A DNA stretch of 64,000 nt from Asterias rubens (lineage: Eukaryota): positions 1,426,001 to 1,490,000 of the forward strand of contig NC_047074.1 in NCBI RefSeq assembly GCF_902459465.1, read 5' to 3'. The notes beneath the pieces were generated by a model. That model was not told the origin of the DNA. It ran no database searches and saw only the letters and a list, made by a program, of their open reading frames with translations. Made by a program: the position numbers and the translations under genes. Shown piece after piece: positions 26,496-39,568 of the stretch. The stretch's first letter is position 1; each line of letters opens with the position of its first letter.

Positions 26496-26850
26496 CAATG
26501 AATGATCAGACAGTAGGAGGGTTGACTGTGTACTGTGTGTATGCAATCAGCATATATTGCAAGCTGACATAGTTTATCTATTATTCAAAACCACAATGAA
26601 TGATCAGACAGTAGGAGGGTTGTTGACTGTGTGCTGTATGTATTTACCAGCAAACATTGTATTGCAGGCGTACGTAGTTTATTTATTATTCAATCCACAA
26701 TGAATGATCAGACAGTAGGAGGGTTGACTGTGTGCTGTGTGTATGCACCAGCAAACATTATATTGCAGGCGTACGTAGTTTATTTATTATTCAATCCACA
26801 ATGAATGATCAGACAGTAGGAGGGTTGACTGTGTACTGTACAACTGCATT
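26496..26850. repeat. Tandem repeat, ~100-bp unit, about 4 copies
   Basis: ACAATGAATGATCAGACAGTAGGAGGGTTG recurs at about 26496, 26593, 26697 and 26799. Confidence 0.85.
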
Positions 26851-27600
26851 CACTACTTATCGCATCACAGTACCTTATCATTCAAAATCATATTGAACGA
26901 CCAGAGAGCAGGAGGAAATATTTCAACCAATCCCAGCTAAGTCTAGAGTTCAAATTTGCAAAAACCTATAAAACACATTTCATAAAGTGCATACTCTCCA
27001 CAAAATTTATGAACAAAAATGTTAAATGCTGCAACTAAAATCCCACCAATGCATTGAATGATCAGGCAGCAATAGGAGACTTAAACAAAAATCCCAATTT
27101 AGTCTGAAATTTGCAAGAACCTACAAAAACATATTTCATAAAGTGCATAATCTCTACAATATATAAAACAAATCTTAAACTTAAACCTCATTAAATGAAT
27201 GCACAGCACACAAAAGTCATAAACAAAAAATCTACACTGACTTCTTCCGGTTCTCAGGACTCCCCAAAAAATTTACCTTGGCACTAGTCATGACTGATGG
27301 TTAGTTAGTTAGTTACCGGGAACCAGTGAAAACAAAAAAATGGCACAATTGATTAAAAATGTAAATCTTTTTTTTTTTTTACAAAGGCACGCAGAGATTC
27401 ACAGTTATATTGAAAGTATTTCAGAAAACTACATCCACCTTTTAGAAAAAAACTACCAAGAAAGAAGTTGAGACGAAAAGGTTCTACAAATCACCAAGGT
27501 ATCTTTTGTATACCCTATTCTACTGAAATGGAATAGTCTACACGACTCATATAATGCACACTTTGGACCACTACCATTATGGAATAGAGGGGAGAATGTC

Positions 27601-30600
27601 TTAGTCAACATGACCGTTTTGCTTGACAGTTACAAGTGGTAGACATCCAATATTCTGAAGAAAAAGAAATACATAAATAAATAAATAGAAATCAGAATCT
27701 TTTTAAAATAACTTTTTTTAAAGTTTTTCCCAAGAGAATAATTATTTTTAATCTTTTGGTGAACCCCGGGGACATAAAAATGCACACATTGAAAGTAGTT
27801 TTGATTGGCTGCCCCTAGCTAGATGCATTGGTGTCAGTGCTGGGGAAGTTTGCGTTTGATTCGCTCGTTTCTCGTGCTCACCAGTAATCGAATGCACCCA
27901 GTGTTTATTGCTAGCCCTGCCTCACAAGTATGAAAAAGCAGTTCAATCGCACAGTTGGAAATGATTTAGCCACCAATTGCGAACACCTCTTCAAATGAAT
28001 TTCTACTTACCCAAATCTCAGTGTGCTGTTTCAGAAATCTGCAGCGGGCATGAAAACTGAAAAGAGTAAGATAAAGAAAGAATGTGATAGAACCTTCTTT
28101 TTCTTGGGGGGGAGGGACAAAGCAGTAACGATAAAGTGTCTCGCAAACTCTGTCGATCTGAAATGCCAGCAGACCGATTTCACAAACGACTGTAAAAGTC
28201 CACTAGTTCAAGATTGCTTGTGTTAGTGGGAACAACTTAGGCAATGAAGCAGTTGCCAAGAAGTTTTGTGAAATCGGCAACAGAACTTGAGGTCAGTGCC
28301 ATTGACTGCTCGACCACGGCAAAACAAAAACTTATCGTTACTTTCTAAAGTGTACAGTAATGGCAGCACTAGCAAAGTAAAGTAATATTAGGCCGTATCC
28401 GAACTGGCAGCTACAGCTAAGGCTACGACTGTTGCTAAGGGTGTTGCTAAGGACATCCTATACTTCAACGCATGATGACGCAGAAATCTAGCCACAGCCA
28501 CATGTAGCTGCTAATTCCGGCTTGGCCTTACTTTTTCGTAGTTCTGAGCATGTGCACATTGTGACCAAGTCTGCTGCCACCTAGCGTCTTAAAAGTCCCC
28601 CATTGGAAATCCTTATGCAGTAGGCGGATGATTAAACCTGGCCTACCTAAACATGATTTGGCAGTGCGTTCCAAGTGCCGCCAAGATGTGCCAGTAGGCA
28701 TGAAGCTGCAAAAACACATCAAGTGGGGTCGGAATGAAAGATCTCATGTACCTTTTCAGAAAAACAAAACAATTAAAAAAAAAGTAGGATTTGAAACTTT
28801 GCATTGTGGTAATACGCTATAGTAAGGTTTGCTGTAACACCATGTAATGATAATCTCTAATGAGTTTGGGTGGTTTTAACAATAATAAGCGTAGGTTTCA
28901 ACTCGACTTTTCTATAGGTATGCCCTGATCGTCCTCGGGAGACGGCTGTGTGACCTATTAAATTAACCGGAACTACTACTTTTGCTTTGATGGATCTTGG
29001 GGACTTCTCGTTTTTAACTACCGCGGAGAAATCAAGTTCTTTATTGAGAAATAAACTTACTTTAGTTGGTCACAGAAAGCGTTGTCGATATTCCACAGAA
29101 GAAAAGCCAACAAATAGAGGAAGATGGATAACAGTAGAAGTCTCGGAGAGAATTCTTGCTCACTGAAACAACAAATTGTTTTTGTTTGAATGCACTGGAC
29201 ACTTTTGCTAATGACTCAAAACAAATATTAGCATAAAATCTTACTTAGTCACCTGCATGGAGAGCTTTTGATACTATGAAGTAACGTAATTTTTGACTGG
29301 CACTCCAAAACAAAGAAATTGGCTAATAGGTAGACCGCCAACAAGGACAGCTCAGTTGGTAGAGGCCTTTACCATGGCCTCTGCCATTGCTTTGGTATAA
29401 TTCCAGTCCTGATAATTAGTGTTGTGTTAAACTGAACATTTCTGGGGAAAGACTCCCTCTGAAGATTTTTGACGCACCTGTAATAGAAGCAGTAGGTCCC
29501 TCTGCATACCGTCATTAAAACGAGGCCGCCATAAGCAGCCTGGCAAAAAAAAGTACAAAGAAATAATACGGATCGTTAAAGACATGAAAGGGAGAGCGAG
29601 ATGCACCATAGAAGATTCTTTCAGAGTCAAGATGTATGTTTCTGGAATATATTGTCAACAGTTGTGCTATGACTGTGACGGTGCACTTACACATCCATTG
29701 AGATACACCAAGTGAGAAGACGGGTCTTTGACAACTACCAATATTGTCCAGTGTCTTTAACAATTTTTTGCTTAGCAGAAATGTTCAGGATACCAGTCAC
29801 ATATTTTACATGTGAAATGGCATTTTGGCCGGTAACCTTAACCTGGTAAGCATTGGGCGCGAATCCCAATGTTATGGGCACTGGTGTGCATTTCAATCTA
29901 CTTATAGATATAGATTATTATTGTCTCTTTTTCTTGAAAGAAATTGAAAGCTGTTGACGTACCTGGTGTATAACTGGATCCTTAGTTAATGTGTAGATGC
30001 CGGTAACAGACACTGCATAAAGCAGTAGAATTACCATCAGCTTATAGTTGGGACTGTTGGGTTTGGAGTCAGTCTCAAAGCTGTAGAAGGTCAATAAAAG
30101 TTTAGAAAAACCTAGGAATGTCCTGCTAGAAGTTCTAGCCAGGAATCGACCAAATCACACACACATAAAATCCATTTTATGATTGCTTCTAAATGAGTTA
30201 GAGCCCTGGAAGCTCAGTGTTGATAGTACAAAAACATTGTGATTAATGGCAGTTTTTGAATAAGAGGTAATTTCTCACTCAAATATATAAAAGCACACAA
30301 ATTTGTGCGACAAGGGTGTTTTTTTCTTTCATAATTCTCTTTCAACTTCGATGACCAATTGAGTAAAAATGTTCACAATTTTTTTTTTTACCAAAGGTGT
30401 CGGAGTCTTTAAACAAGGTTTTGAACAAAAGTGTCAACTTACAAGCTGTACAGCAAGATGCACGTTCCCCAGATCATTGGTAGTTCATCAAATAGCTGAA
30501 ATTAACAAAAACAAATTCCTTAATGATCGAGCTTTATGCTTTGGGTATACAAATTTGGTTTTGTATCCCTGGTTGAATAGCTCTTAGAGGCCCAATAGTA

Positions 30601-32662
30601 ATACTTAGACTGTCTGGTAACCACGCTTTAACCATAGTTGGCTTCTCTGCATCCAGATGTATGATTAGGGTTCTTGAGGGGACAGACGGGGGTTTTCAAC
30701 TACTTGCTTGAAATGGTATGCTCTTGAGGGAAATATGAAAAAGCAATACTACAAGTCAAATTATAAACTTTGACTGTTTTACAAAATTAAGCTAATGAAA
30801 TCATTGTTGTTTACCTTAAAAAAAAAAAAATTCCCTTCTGGACCTGGAATTATACACGGAGGCCTGGAATTGAACTGAGGCCATGAAGGAGCACCAAGGC
30901 TTAGACCAGGGCAACAGAGGCAATGGCCTTGGTGCCCCTTCAAAACTTCCCCTTGAAGAATGATGTATGCTTACATTCAGAAAATGCTAATTTGTGTATT
31001 TACCTGAGACTCGTACAGCAGGGTCATATGGAAAAACCATGAGCCAAGGCCAACAGCTGCAGAAAAAAAAAGTTTACGCTTCGAAAAATAACAAAAACTC
31101 AAGTTTCATTAGTTTTGGGAAGAGTAAAATTAGGTGGAGTTTGCAGTTAGCACAATGTGTAAATCTCTTTTGAGTAGTGGTGGTTCTGAGAACGAGCCGG
31201 TTGAAGAATTGCTGCAAAGTTTTGGCCGATAGGAGGGCAAAGATTTTTGCTCAATGTGCGTCTTCGACCTATTGTTTAAAACATAATTTTTACTGCAAAA
31301 GGAGTTTCAAATCCATGAAAATTGTTGTTGAATCAATGAATATTATTAAGGGCACAAAGATCGTCCAAAAGCTCAATTCTGCAAACTTTACTTCAGTGAT
31401 TTCTTCTAAATATTTTTTTTTTGGTGACGCTTAGAAAATTGTGAACGAATTTGCGGCCGACCTGAAATTTTTGTTGACTCGCCCAGGCAGGCAAATGAAA
31501 AAAAAAGTAAAGGGAAACCCCTGCCTACATGAACTGTTTAAATCCAATCCATTTGCAACTTACTCATGAAGCCAACGCACAGCATGTAGAATCTTCGCTC
31601 CACCTCCACATTACCATACAAAAACGAGATCATAGTAAAAATAGGTAAGACAAATATAATACCACTGCTCAGCGTGTTCCCTGTCAATAGAAACAAAGAC
31701 CAAAATAATCTTAAGGTAATTTTCATAATCTCTAATTGAGAAGATTAGGAACGCCCTGACCAAGCAGGAAAAACAACAGTCCCGAGTAGCAAATTGCATT
31801 TTTTGACAATGTTTTTTTAATTTCCCTCAACAAAAAGGAAATGCAAGCATCATGATTCATGAATGTATATTGAGTGTGTTGGGAAAGTTTTGGCTGTGTA
31901 GTACAAAAGAAACGGTCGTAAAAGTTTCACCTATCAACACCGATTTTTAAAACGTAAAGCGTTAAGGTGCGTTAAGGAGGCCCAAAATATAAGATCCCTC
32001 TTAAGGCTCACGGGGGAGCCTTATAAATATTATAGTTTCTAGTTTAGGCCTATACACGGCCGGGCCTAGCTCTAGCCCAGGTTGGACTCCTCCGTTGCAG
32101 GCACAGTGGCACTGACTGACGTCCTACCAGGGCTAGGCCCAGCTCAAGCTAGTTTAGTAGTAGTAGTAAGTACTAGGCCTACAGTACTAGTACTACTACT
32201 ACTACTAGTTGTAGTACTACTCTAGTACTAGTAGTAGTACTACTCTATAGTTAAAAAAGTTAAAACATATACAGTATAGTATCATTGGACCAATTGGTCT
32301 TATACTAACATGGTACTGATTCAGTGAGTGTACACCCATAGCAAAATGCAGTCATGACTCGACTCTGTTAACTCAAATCCAAAAGTAAATAAATTAAGGC
32401 CGGGTCGTCATGTGTTTGGGATTTGTGTGCGCGCGGGCAGATGTGATTTTCGACGACTGCTATTTTCCGTCGTCTGCTAAAAACACTTGCTCTAGCACGC
32501 AATCGAGGGAAGACTGCATGTTGTACTATTATCATAGTAAGATTAATAAAACAACTTACATAGTTCTGCAATATACGGGGATTCAATGTAGTTTTCTTCA
32601 CACCAATCCAGTGTTGAAGTCGGCTCCCCCCACACACCTTCAACTCCCTTGGCAGGCGCCAT
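27601..32662 (-). CDS. ACER3: Alkaline ceramidase 3-like, copy B (10 coding exons, 270 aa)
   Basis: Exons 32560-32662, 31564-31680, 31004-31056, 30443-30495, 29963-30080, 29478-29539, 29061-29162, 28647-28751, 28011-28056, 27601-27654. All GT-AG, phase-consistent, total 813 nt. Motifs [42 protein letters not shown]. Confidence 0.95.
28391..28527. mobile_element. Harbinger-like MITE with TTA TSD
   Basis: TTA-GGCCGTATCCGAA ... GGCC-TTA. Related pieces at about 14590-14700, 34470-34580 and 38590-38735. Confidence 0.65.
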
Positions 32663-33007
32663 TTTTCATTACTGACTGGTTTCTAGAAAATAGTCAGGTG
32701 TCCTTATCATTCACTGTTTTCAGTATGGGGAATAACGTCTGGGTAGAAGAGGAGTTTAACAAAATCAACAGAGGGCGCTCTACCAAAGATGCGGCCTTAT
32801 ACAAAAACAATAATTATTTTCAGCACTAAAACTTTTTCAGTTTTCTATTTATTAGTTTAGCAGTTTGTGTGTTCACAAATTTCTTAACATATGCAAACAA
32901 TTTAAAGACGCGCCGAATCTGTATTCAATTAAATTTAGGGCGTGCTCGCCGTTGGGTTCCCAGACGCTTATTAGTGAAGGATCGAACACGTGTTTGGGAA
33001 GTCGGCC

Positions 33008-33077
33008 TTTGAAAAAAATAACGGTTGAGTGCATTACGCATATGTTTTGAAATCCCGCGCTCACTTATAGCTTTGAA
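33008..33077 (+). promoter_or_regulatory. Putative G2/M cell-cycle promoter elements upstream of CDC20 (CHR x3, MYB site)
   Basis: TTTGAA at 33008-13, 33046-51 and 33072-77; TAACGG at 33019-24. CHR and MYB control of CDC20 is established in other animals; function here is inferred. Confidence 0.5.
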
Positions 33078-33432
33078 TCTGACAAGGCTGGTTGGTCTGA
33101 AATCTCTCTTATTTTTTTCTTTTGTTACAGCTGATCGAAGGAATTCCTTGGCATTCTAAAAGCATAACTTCAATTGTCGTTAGTTTGGGAAACATCGATT
33201 TTCTCTTGCTCTCAAACTCTTTGAAATTACAATGCCGGCAGACCAGCCTGATTTTTCACACTCATTTTTGTATGAATGAAATTCGGTGATTTCAAGGCAG
33301 AACTGCATGCTCTTTCACTCTTTTCTTTCAGTGAAGAACCACAACTGTCAGACAGCGTACTTCTCAGGTTCAATTTTGAACAGCACATCAGTTCTTTTCG
33401 AGAGATTTAAATCCTGATTATTTCAGCTAAAA

Positions 33433-36400
33433 ATGGCACATCTACAGTTTGAAGCTAGCATCAGTGAGTTAGTACGACTAGATGGCCCTCTGCACCGAGC
33501 TCCAAAGCCAAGATGGCAACGAAAGGCAATGGAAAGAAAGGGTATGTTTCAGATTTTTTTTCTGAAGAAGGGAAAAAAAAAACATTGAGAAAAGTTTCCA
33601 TATCTTGCCACCTCTTTTGGATAACTTTCCAGTGGCGCCACCACCTTTTCACTCATTTTTACAAAAAGGGATATCTCATTGAGGTAAATTAGATACTATA
33701 TTATTTCATATCGAATGAAAAAGTGGTGGCGCCATACGGAAACTTTCCCCCTCTTTTTTCATTGGTCATAAAACCAAAATAGTATTTTGTTTTTCTCAAA
33801 AGATGTAATTATTTGTGTGAAAATTAGTGAATAAGTAGTGGCAGGATTAGGAGAGTTTTCCTTTCCTTTCAACATTGGAAACGGTTTTCCTGACACAAAA
33901 ACATACGAGTTGTAAAATTTATTGATGATAGGTCTACTGTTTGTTGAACTTCTAAAATGACACTTTTATAACTTTTTGATAATTATTGTGGTGCTTTTAA
34001 ACTTGTGTGAGCAATTTAATTTCTTCTTTTTGGAGAGTTATAAAGTTTCTTGCATCTTATACTGAATCATGTTGAAATTATATTTGAGAGCTAGCGAAAA
34101 TCGATGTTTCCCAAACTAACGACAATTGACGTTATGCTTTTAGAATTTCATATCTTTATTTTAGATTCCTTGGACTCCTTCAGCAAGTCACAAATGTCTC
34201 CCCAAGGTCTCTGCCAACCCAAGACACCAACCTTCGGTGGGAGTTTTCGGACTCCTTTAGGGGATGCCTCATTCAGAGGAAGCAAGACTCCTGGCAAAAC
34301 TCCCAGTAAGACCCCAGGCAAAACCCCAGGAAAGAAGCGTGTCAAGTCTCCAAGCAAGGCATCGGGTACTTCCAGTGTCCCTACTCAACCCCCAGCCAAC
34401 CAGGGCGACAGGTAAAGTGACTGTATCAAGTGCTGGGAAGCATGGTGCGGGGAAGTGTCCGAATCAGCAACTTCGGCTACGGCTTTGGCTAGATTGCGCG
34501 TGTCTACCTATTCTTCAACACTGGCAGAAGTGCTGATCTAGCCAAAGCTGTAGCCGAAGTTGCCATTTCGGACACGGCCTAGGCTTGCTAATCTTGCAGT
34601 GCTGTAGTTGAGTCCACACCAGCCGAGTCCGAGACATAGTCCGAGTCCCTGTTTTCCAAGACCGAAGACTCGTCTTTGAGTCCGAGAGTCCAATTCTGTC
34701 CAAGTCCAGTCTTGAGTCCCATCAACAGGGCATGATAACTCAATTGGTAGAGCACTGGTACGTTAATTTGTTTTGCTCAACCCCAACAGATAAAAATGTA
34801 CGTAAACTTTGCACTTTGAGCTTAGGTTCATCCCAAACCGTGCCCTTATGGACATGAACTTCAGCCACTTTAAGATCAACAACCGAGAAGACGTAGACGA
34901 AGGAGAGGATAAGAAGGAGAATGGTTACAACAGCGCCCTCTCTGAGATGTTAAATGGCAAGCAGACTGAGAACGCAGATATCCTCACCCTTAAAGAGGGG
35001 CCTCCAAAACCACAAGAAGGTACTTAAAAAAAACAAAAAAACTGCTTTCAGCCTAATTCTCTTTCAGCCAACTTGAATCCTTGATTCTGATTTGTTGGCC
35101 AGAAGGACCGACATTCTGTTGTGGAGCACCCGAGACAGCGGTCAGATAAATCGATTTACTTAAAAATAGGGTTAAAAATGTAGTAAAGTGAGCACATTGA
35201 ACATGTAAAAAAGAAAAGAAATAAAGGATAATAAATATTATGTGTTTATGTTTCTCTTTTAACTGTTTCATGTAGGATACTACAACAACCTTAAAGTGCT
35301 GTACAGTAGCTCCAAGAGTGCGGTCAAATCAAAGCCTGGTCGCTTCATCAGAAAGGCAGCAGACCGTGTCTTAGATGCTCCAGAGCTCCGAGATGACTTC
35401 TGTAAGTATTGGGGTGTTCTGGGAACCACAGCTTCTAGTGTGGGTTAAATTTCATACAGCAGCAGAGTATTGGTGTACTGGTTTAGTTGGTAAACACTAT
35501 TGGTAATTACTCAAAATAAGTGTTAGCATAAAAAAAAACAATGGAGAGTTGTTGATAGTATAAAACATTGTGAGAAATGGCTCCATCTGAAATAAAGTCT
35601 CGCGTCAAGCATCATGTCTAACAAATCCATCATGTTAAAATCGAATCTTGAGATAGCTACATTGTAACTGGTTATTTTGTTTTGGTCAATTTTGTTTTTC
35701 AAGACTTGACCCTCCTGGACTGGGGCTCGAGAAATTTTGTAGCTGTTGCGCTTCATGATGAGGTATATCTATGGAATGCGGTGAGCGGTACGATTGAGCA
35801 TCTCATGAAGCTAGAGGGCGCTGATGATTACGTTTCTGGCGTGTCTTGGATTAGGGAAGGCAACGTATTGGCTGTAGGAAACGCTCAGGGGCAAGTTCAG
35901 GTACGTTAACCCAACTCGTAAATTCAATTTTATCTTCAGCTCATTTACAAATAAGTTTACTACACACATTGGTGTGTCATGGCCGAGTAGTCAAGTGCAC
36001 TTGACTCAAGCTCTGGTGTTTTGGGTCCCGGTCCTGACAAATGTCCTTAAGCAAGACACTGAACCATTATTGTGTGTCTTTCTTATGGGACATAAAGCCC
36101 CATGTTGTGTGTGTGTGTGATGCATGTTACAGAACCCAGTCACACTTATCGCTAATAGAAGGGGTTTGCTGCGGCGTTTCTGGCAGTGGCTGCTGAATGC
36201 GCCACAGCACCATGTAAACCCTTTTAAGATGCTACATTAACGGGTCTAATATTACAAAAATATCACACACAAAAAAAACTGTCTACAAAAATAATAACAA
36301 GTGCTTTGAGAGGGCCACAGATAAGCGCCATTTCAAAACTATTTATGATTATGAATTTTTTGTATGTTTTCATAAAAAACAAAGAATATTTTTACACAAA

Positions 36401-38511
36401 GTTCAAGAGCAAAATTTTAAACATGGATCTGAGGGTTTTGGATAATAATAATGATACAGACATTTGTAATGCGCAGTAACTCTACTGCGCATTACAAGAA
36501 ATACAAACAATTGGTGCTAAACAATGAATGGCTTTATGGATCCCAAGAACCAATTTGTACTGTGACTTCGGAACAACAAGTTTTGATTGTGTTTACTTTC
36601 CTCAGCTGTGGGATGTGGAGAAGACCAAGTGCCTGCGTGTCATGGGCGGTCATGCAGCACGTATTGCGGCACTGTCATGGAGCTCATTTATCTTAACGAG
36701 GTAAAGTCTTATCTACTCACAATCTTCGCTCTACAAACCAACTTCTTTTAACTGTCCCCAAAACAACCACTTTCAATGGCCGTCATGCTTTTTCTGTATC
36801 TGCACCCACTCTCTTGAACTCTCTTCCTTTACATATCCGAGCTACAAAATTTCTGGACATTTTCAAAACATTGCGAACATTTGTGCTGAATTCTTGTAAA
36901 CTTCTGGGTTTTTTTTTTCTCAGTGGTTCCCGATCCGGTATGATACACAACCATGACGTCCGCGTCGAAAACCACCACGTAGCAACCCTTGAGAGTCACA
37001 CACAAGAAGTGTGTGGCCTCAAATGGAGCCCTGATGGCAAATACCTTGCCAGTGGGGGGAACGACAACATGGTCAATGTATGGGATGCCTCGGCTGGAAC
37101 AGGAACAGCCCCCGTGTATTCATTCACACAACATCGGTCTGCAGTGAAGGTAAATGCAATGTTTAAACAGTAAAAGGAACATTACAGAATTGGATAGAAA
37201 AAAAACATTGTCTAAAATGACACACCTGACTTAGTCCACTTCTGGTGGGCGCTGTTGGTGAGTTGGCCGCGCTGTGCGTGAAAGGAAAACGAGAAACGTC
37301 TTGCACCAAGACTAGCCTGGTTCACATAAAGTACAGATATTGGTCTTTGACGATTACTAATGTTGTCGCGTGTGATTAAAAGACAACTTTTTTGTATTAA
37401 GTGGTTTGCTGAAGCAGGTCTCAGGTTGTGAATTGTGTTGTATACCTCTGTGTTGTTTTTGATGATTTGTTTATGTCGATCAACTCTAGGCATTGGCTTG
37501 GTGTCCATGGCAACCAAACATTCTCGCAAGTGGCGGAGGAACAGCCGATCGTCAGATCCGCTTCTGGAACAGTCTAACTGGACTCTGTCTCAATAGCCTG
37601 GATACTGGATCACAGGTAATGGGGTGAGGGCTGGAGGGAAGTGGATTGAGGGGAAGGGATATGGCCCAACCCTCCAGGCTTGGGTTTTACAAAGAGTTAA
37701 GACTAGTCTTATCTCAAGTTACGAGGAGTTACTCATCCTAACTTAGGACTAGCCTTTTTTCTACTATAGTCGCTTTAACCCCAGGCTGCCCCGACAAATG
37801 GCATAAAATTGTTGTTAAACTTGTTGCGCAATGTCATTGTTAAAAAATGGCTGGTGTTCAAAGGGAAGGGTTAGCTATTTTCTCGATACCTTGGTCCTTA
37901 CCCCATGTTTATAGCTGAGGAAGTTATAATCAAAACCATTTTTTTTGTATAGGTGAGCTCTATTCTGTGGTCTGCGGAGCACAAGGAGGTAGTGTCAAGT
38001 CATGGCTACGCTCACAACCAACTGAGCATCTGGAAGTATCCCATGATGCAACACATTGCCGACCTACGAGGTAATAGAACTAAAGGGATGCTCCCGAACG
38101 GGGCAGATTCAAGTGTTCCATGTTAACCTAAAAAGATTCTTGGAACAAGCCAAAATTCCCCATTAACCTGTGAAATATGCTTGCCGTAAGCGCAGAGTTC
38201 CTTGCTTACGGTAAGCAGAGTTTAAAAATTGATCATGTTCTCTTCTCACTCACAAAACTGTCCCTTTGGTAAATTAATGTGCTTTATAAGTCTTACTTAT
38301 TCCTTTACATTTTGTCCCTTTAAAAGGTCATACCAACAGGGTACTGACCATGTGCATGTCACCTGATCAAACCATGGTTATGTCAGCTGCTGCCGACGAG
38401 ACGTTACGATTGTGGCATTGCTTCACCAGCGAGGGCAGCAACAAATCAAAGTCCACCAAAAGCGGTAAGAAGACCATAAGCCACGCACTATCAGTCGGTC
38501 AGATCAGGTAG
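33433..38511 (+). CDS. CDC20: APC/C activator CDC20 (10 coding exons, 540 aa)
   Basis: Exons 33433-33541, 34165-34411, 34826-35019, 35276-35401, 35704-35900, 36606-36700, 36924-37149, 37490-37615, 37953-38070, 38327-38511; total 1623 nt. N-terminal RWQRKA, C-box [25 protein letters not shown]40 repeats and C-terminal IR tail. Confidence 0.96.
35970..36230 (+). mobile_element. tRNA-derived SINE in CDC20 intron 5
   Basis: TGGCCGAGTAGTCAAGTGCAC head and a body shared with 22370-22625 and 59310-59600. Confidence 0.65.
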
Positions 38512-39568
38512 ATTTAAGATGATACTTATGCGATTGTTGTAAATATTCGTGAGTAAGTTTATGTTAATTTGTTTTGATAATATAAATAAATCATAGTCCG
38601 TGTCCGGATTAGCGGCTAGTTAGTGCTATGGCTAGAGTTCCGAGTCATCATGCGTTGGAAGTATGGGATGTCATTAGCAACACACTTAGCAACAGTCGTA
38701 GCCAATACTGTTGCCGCCAATTCGATACGGCCCAATATAATAGCTCAACGGCCCAACAGCTCTCCCATATGCTAATCTAATAATGTTTATATGCACAAAT
38801 TGGTGCACTAACTCATTTGCATGGGTTAACAAGTGAATATTTATTACCAAATTTGCATAGTTGGACTCTGAGCATTATTTGAAATTATTATACTAAGAGG
38901 TGTAAAACTGTTTATATTTTTGTAATGTAGTTATTTGTAATGTGTTTCATGTGTATATTTCAAGGTTTAGAAACAGATTAAACTGTATTTGAGGTAAGGT
39001 AAATCATAAAGAAAATACTGCATTTCTGTTTGTTTTCTAGGCTTTTCACGTATCAAAGTATTTGAATATTTTCCTAGAACGATTTGTATTTGAGGAACTG
39101 CAGCAATTTAGAAGAAATGGAAGCGGGAAGTTGTGTCGCTATATAAATTAGAATTTGAACATGTCTAATCATAGAACGAAACTGAAGTGCTTTACTTTTA
39201 AACACATTTTGTTGTAAAAAATAAGATATTCATTTTGTTTTAAAGTGTATGTGAAATTGTGGAATTGTTATTGGCATTGTACTTACGTAAGGTTGTAAAT
39301 TATGTTAAGAAGATAGTATTATTTATTGTCATTTATTAAAGTACTGCAAAGCGGTTGTTCAGTATAGAGTTTAAATTTAAAACCAAAGTCAAACAAACAA
39401 CTTGTAGATGTACATAATATTATAATTAGACTATTTATTTGAAGTACAAAGTAATAAGAGAATTTGATTGCTTTATATATATATAGAAGAGTTTGCGGTA
39501 ACACCATGTAATAACAAGCTCTAAATGAGTTGGGGTGGTTCTGAAAAGAACCGTTGGATTAACTCGAC

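Noticed and set aside
34412-34825. miR-34/449 cluster in a CDC20 intron (as in vertebrate CDC20B)
   Set aside because: No TGGCAGTGT-type mature sequence in a hairpin; the intron holds a MITE and a GAGTCC simple repeat.
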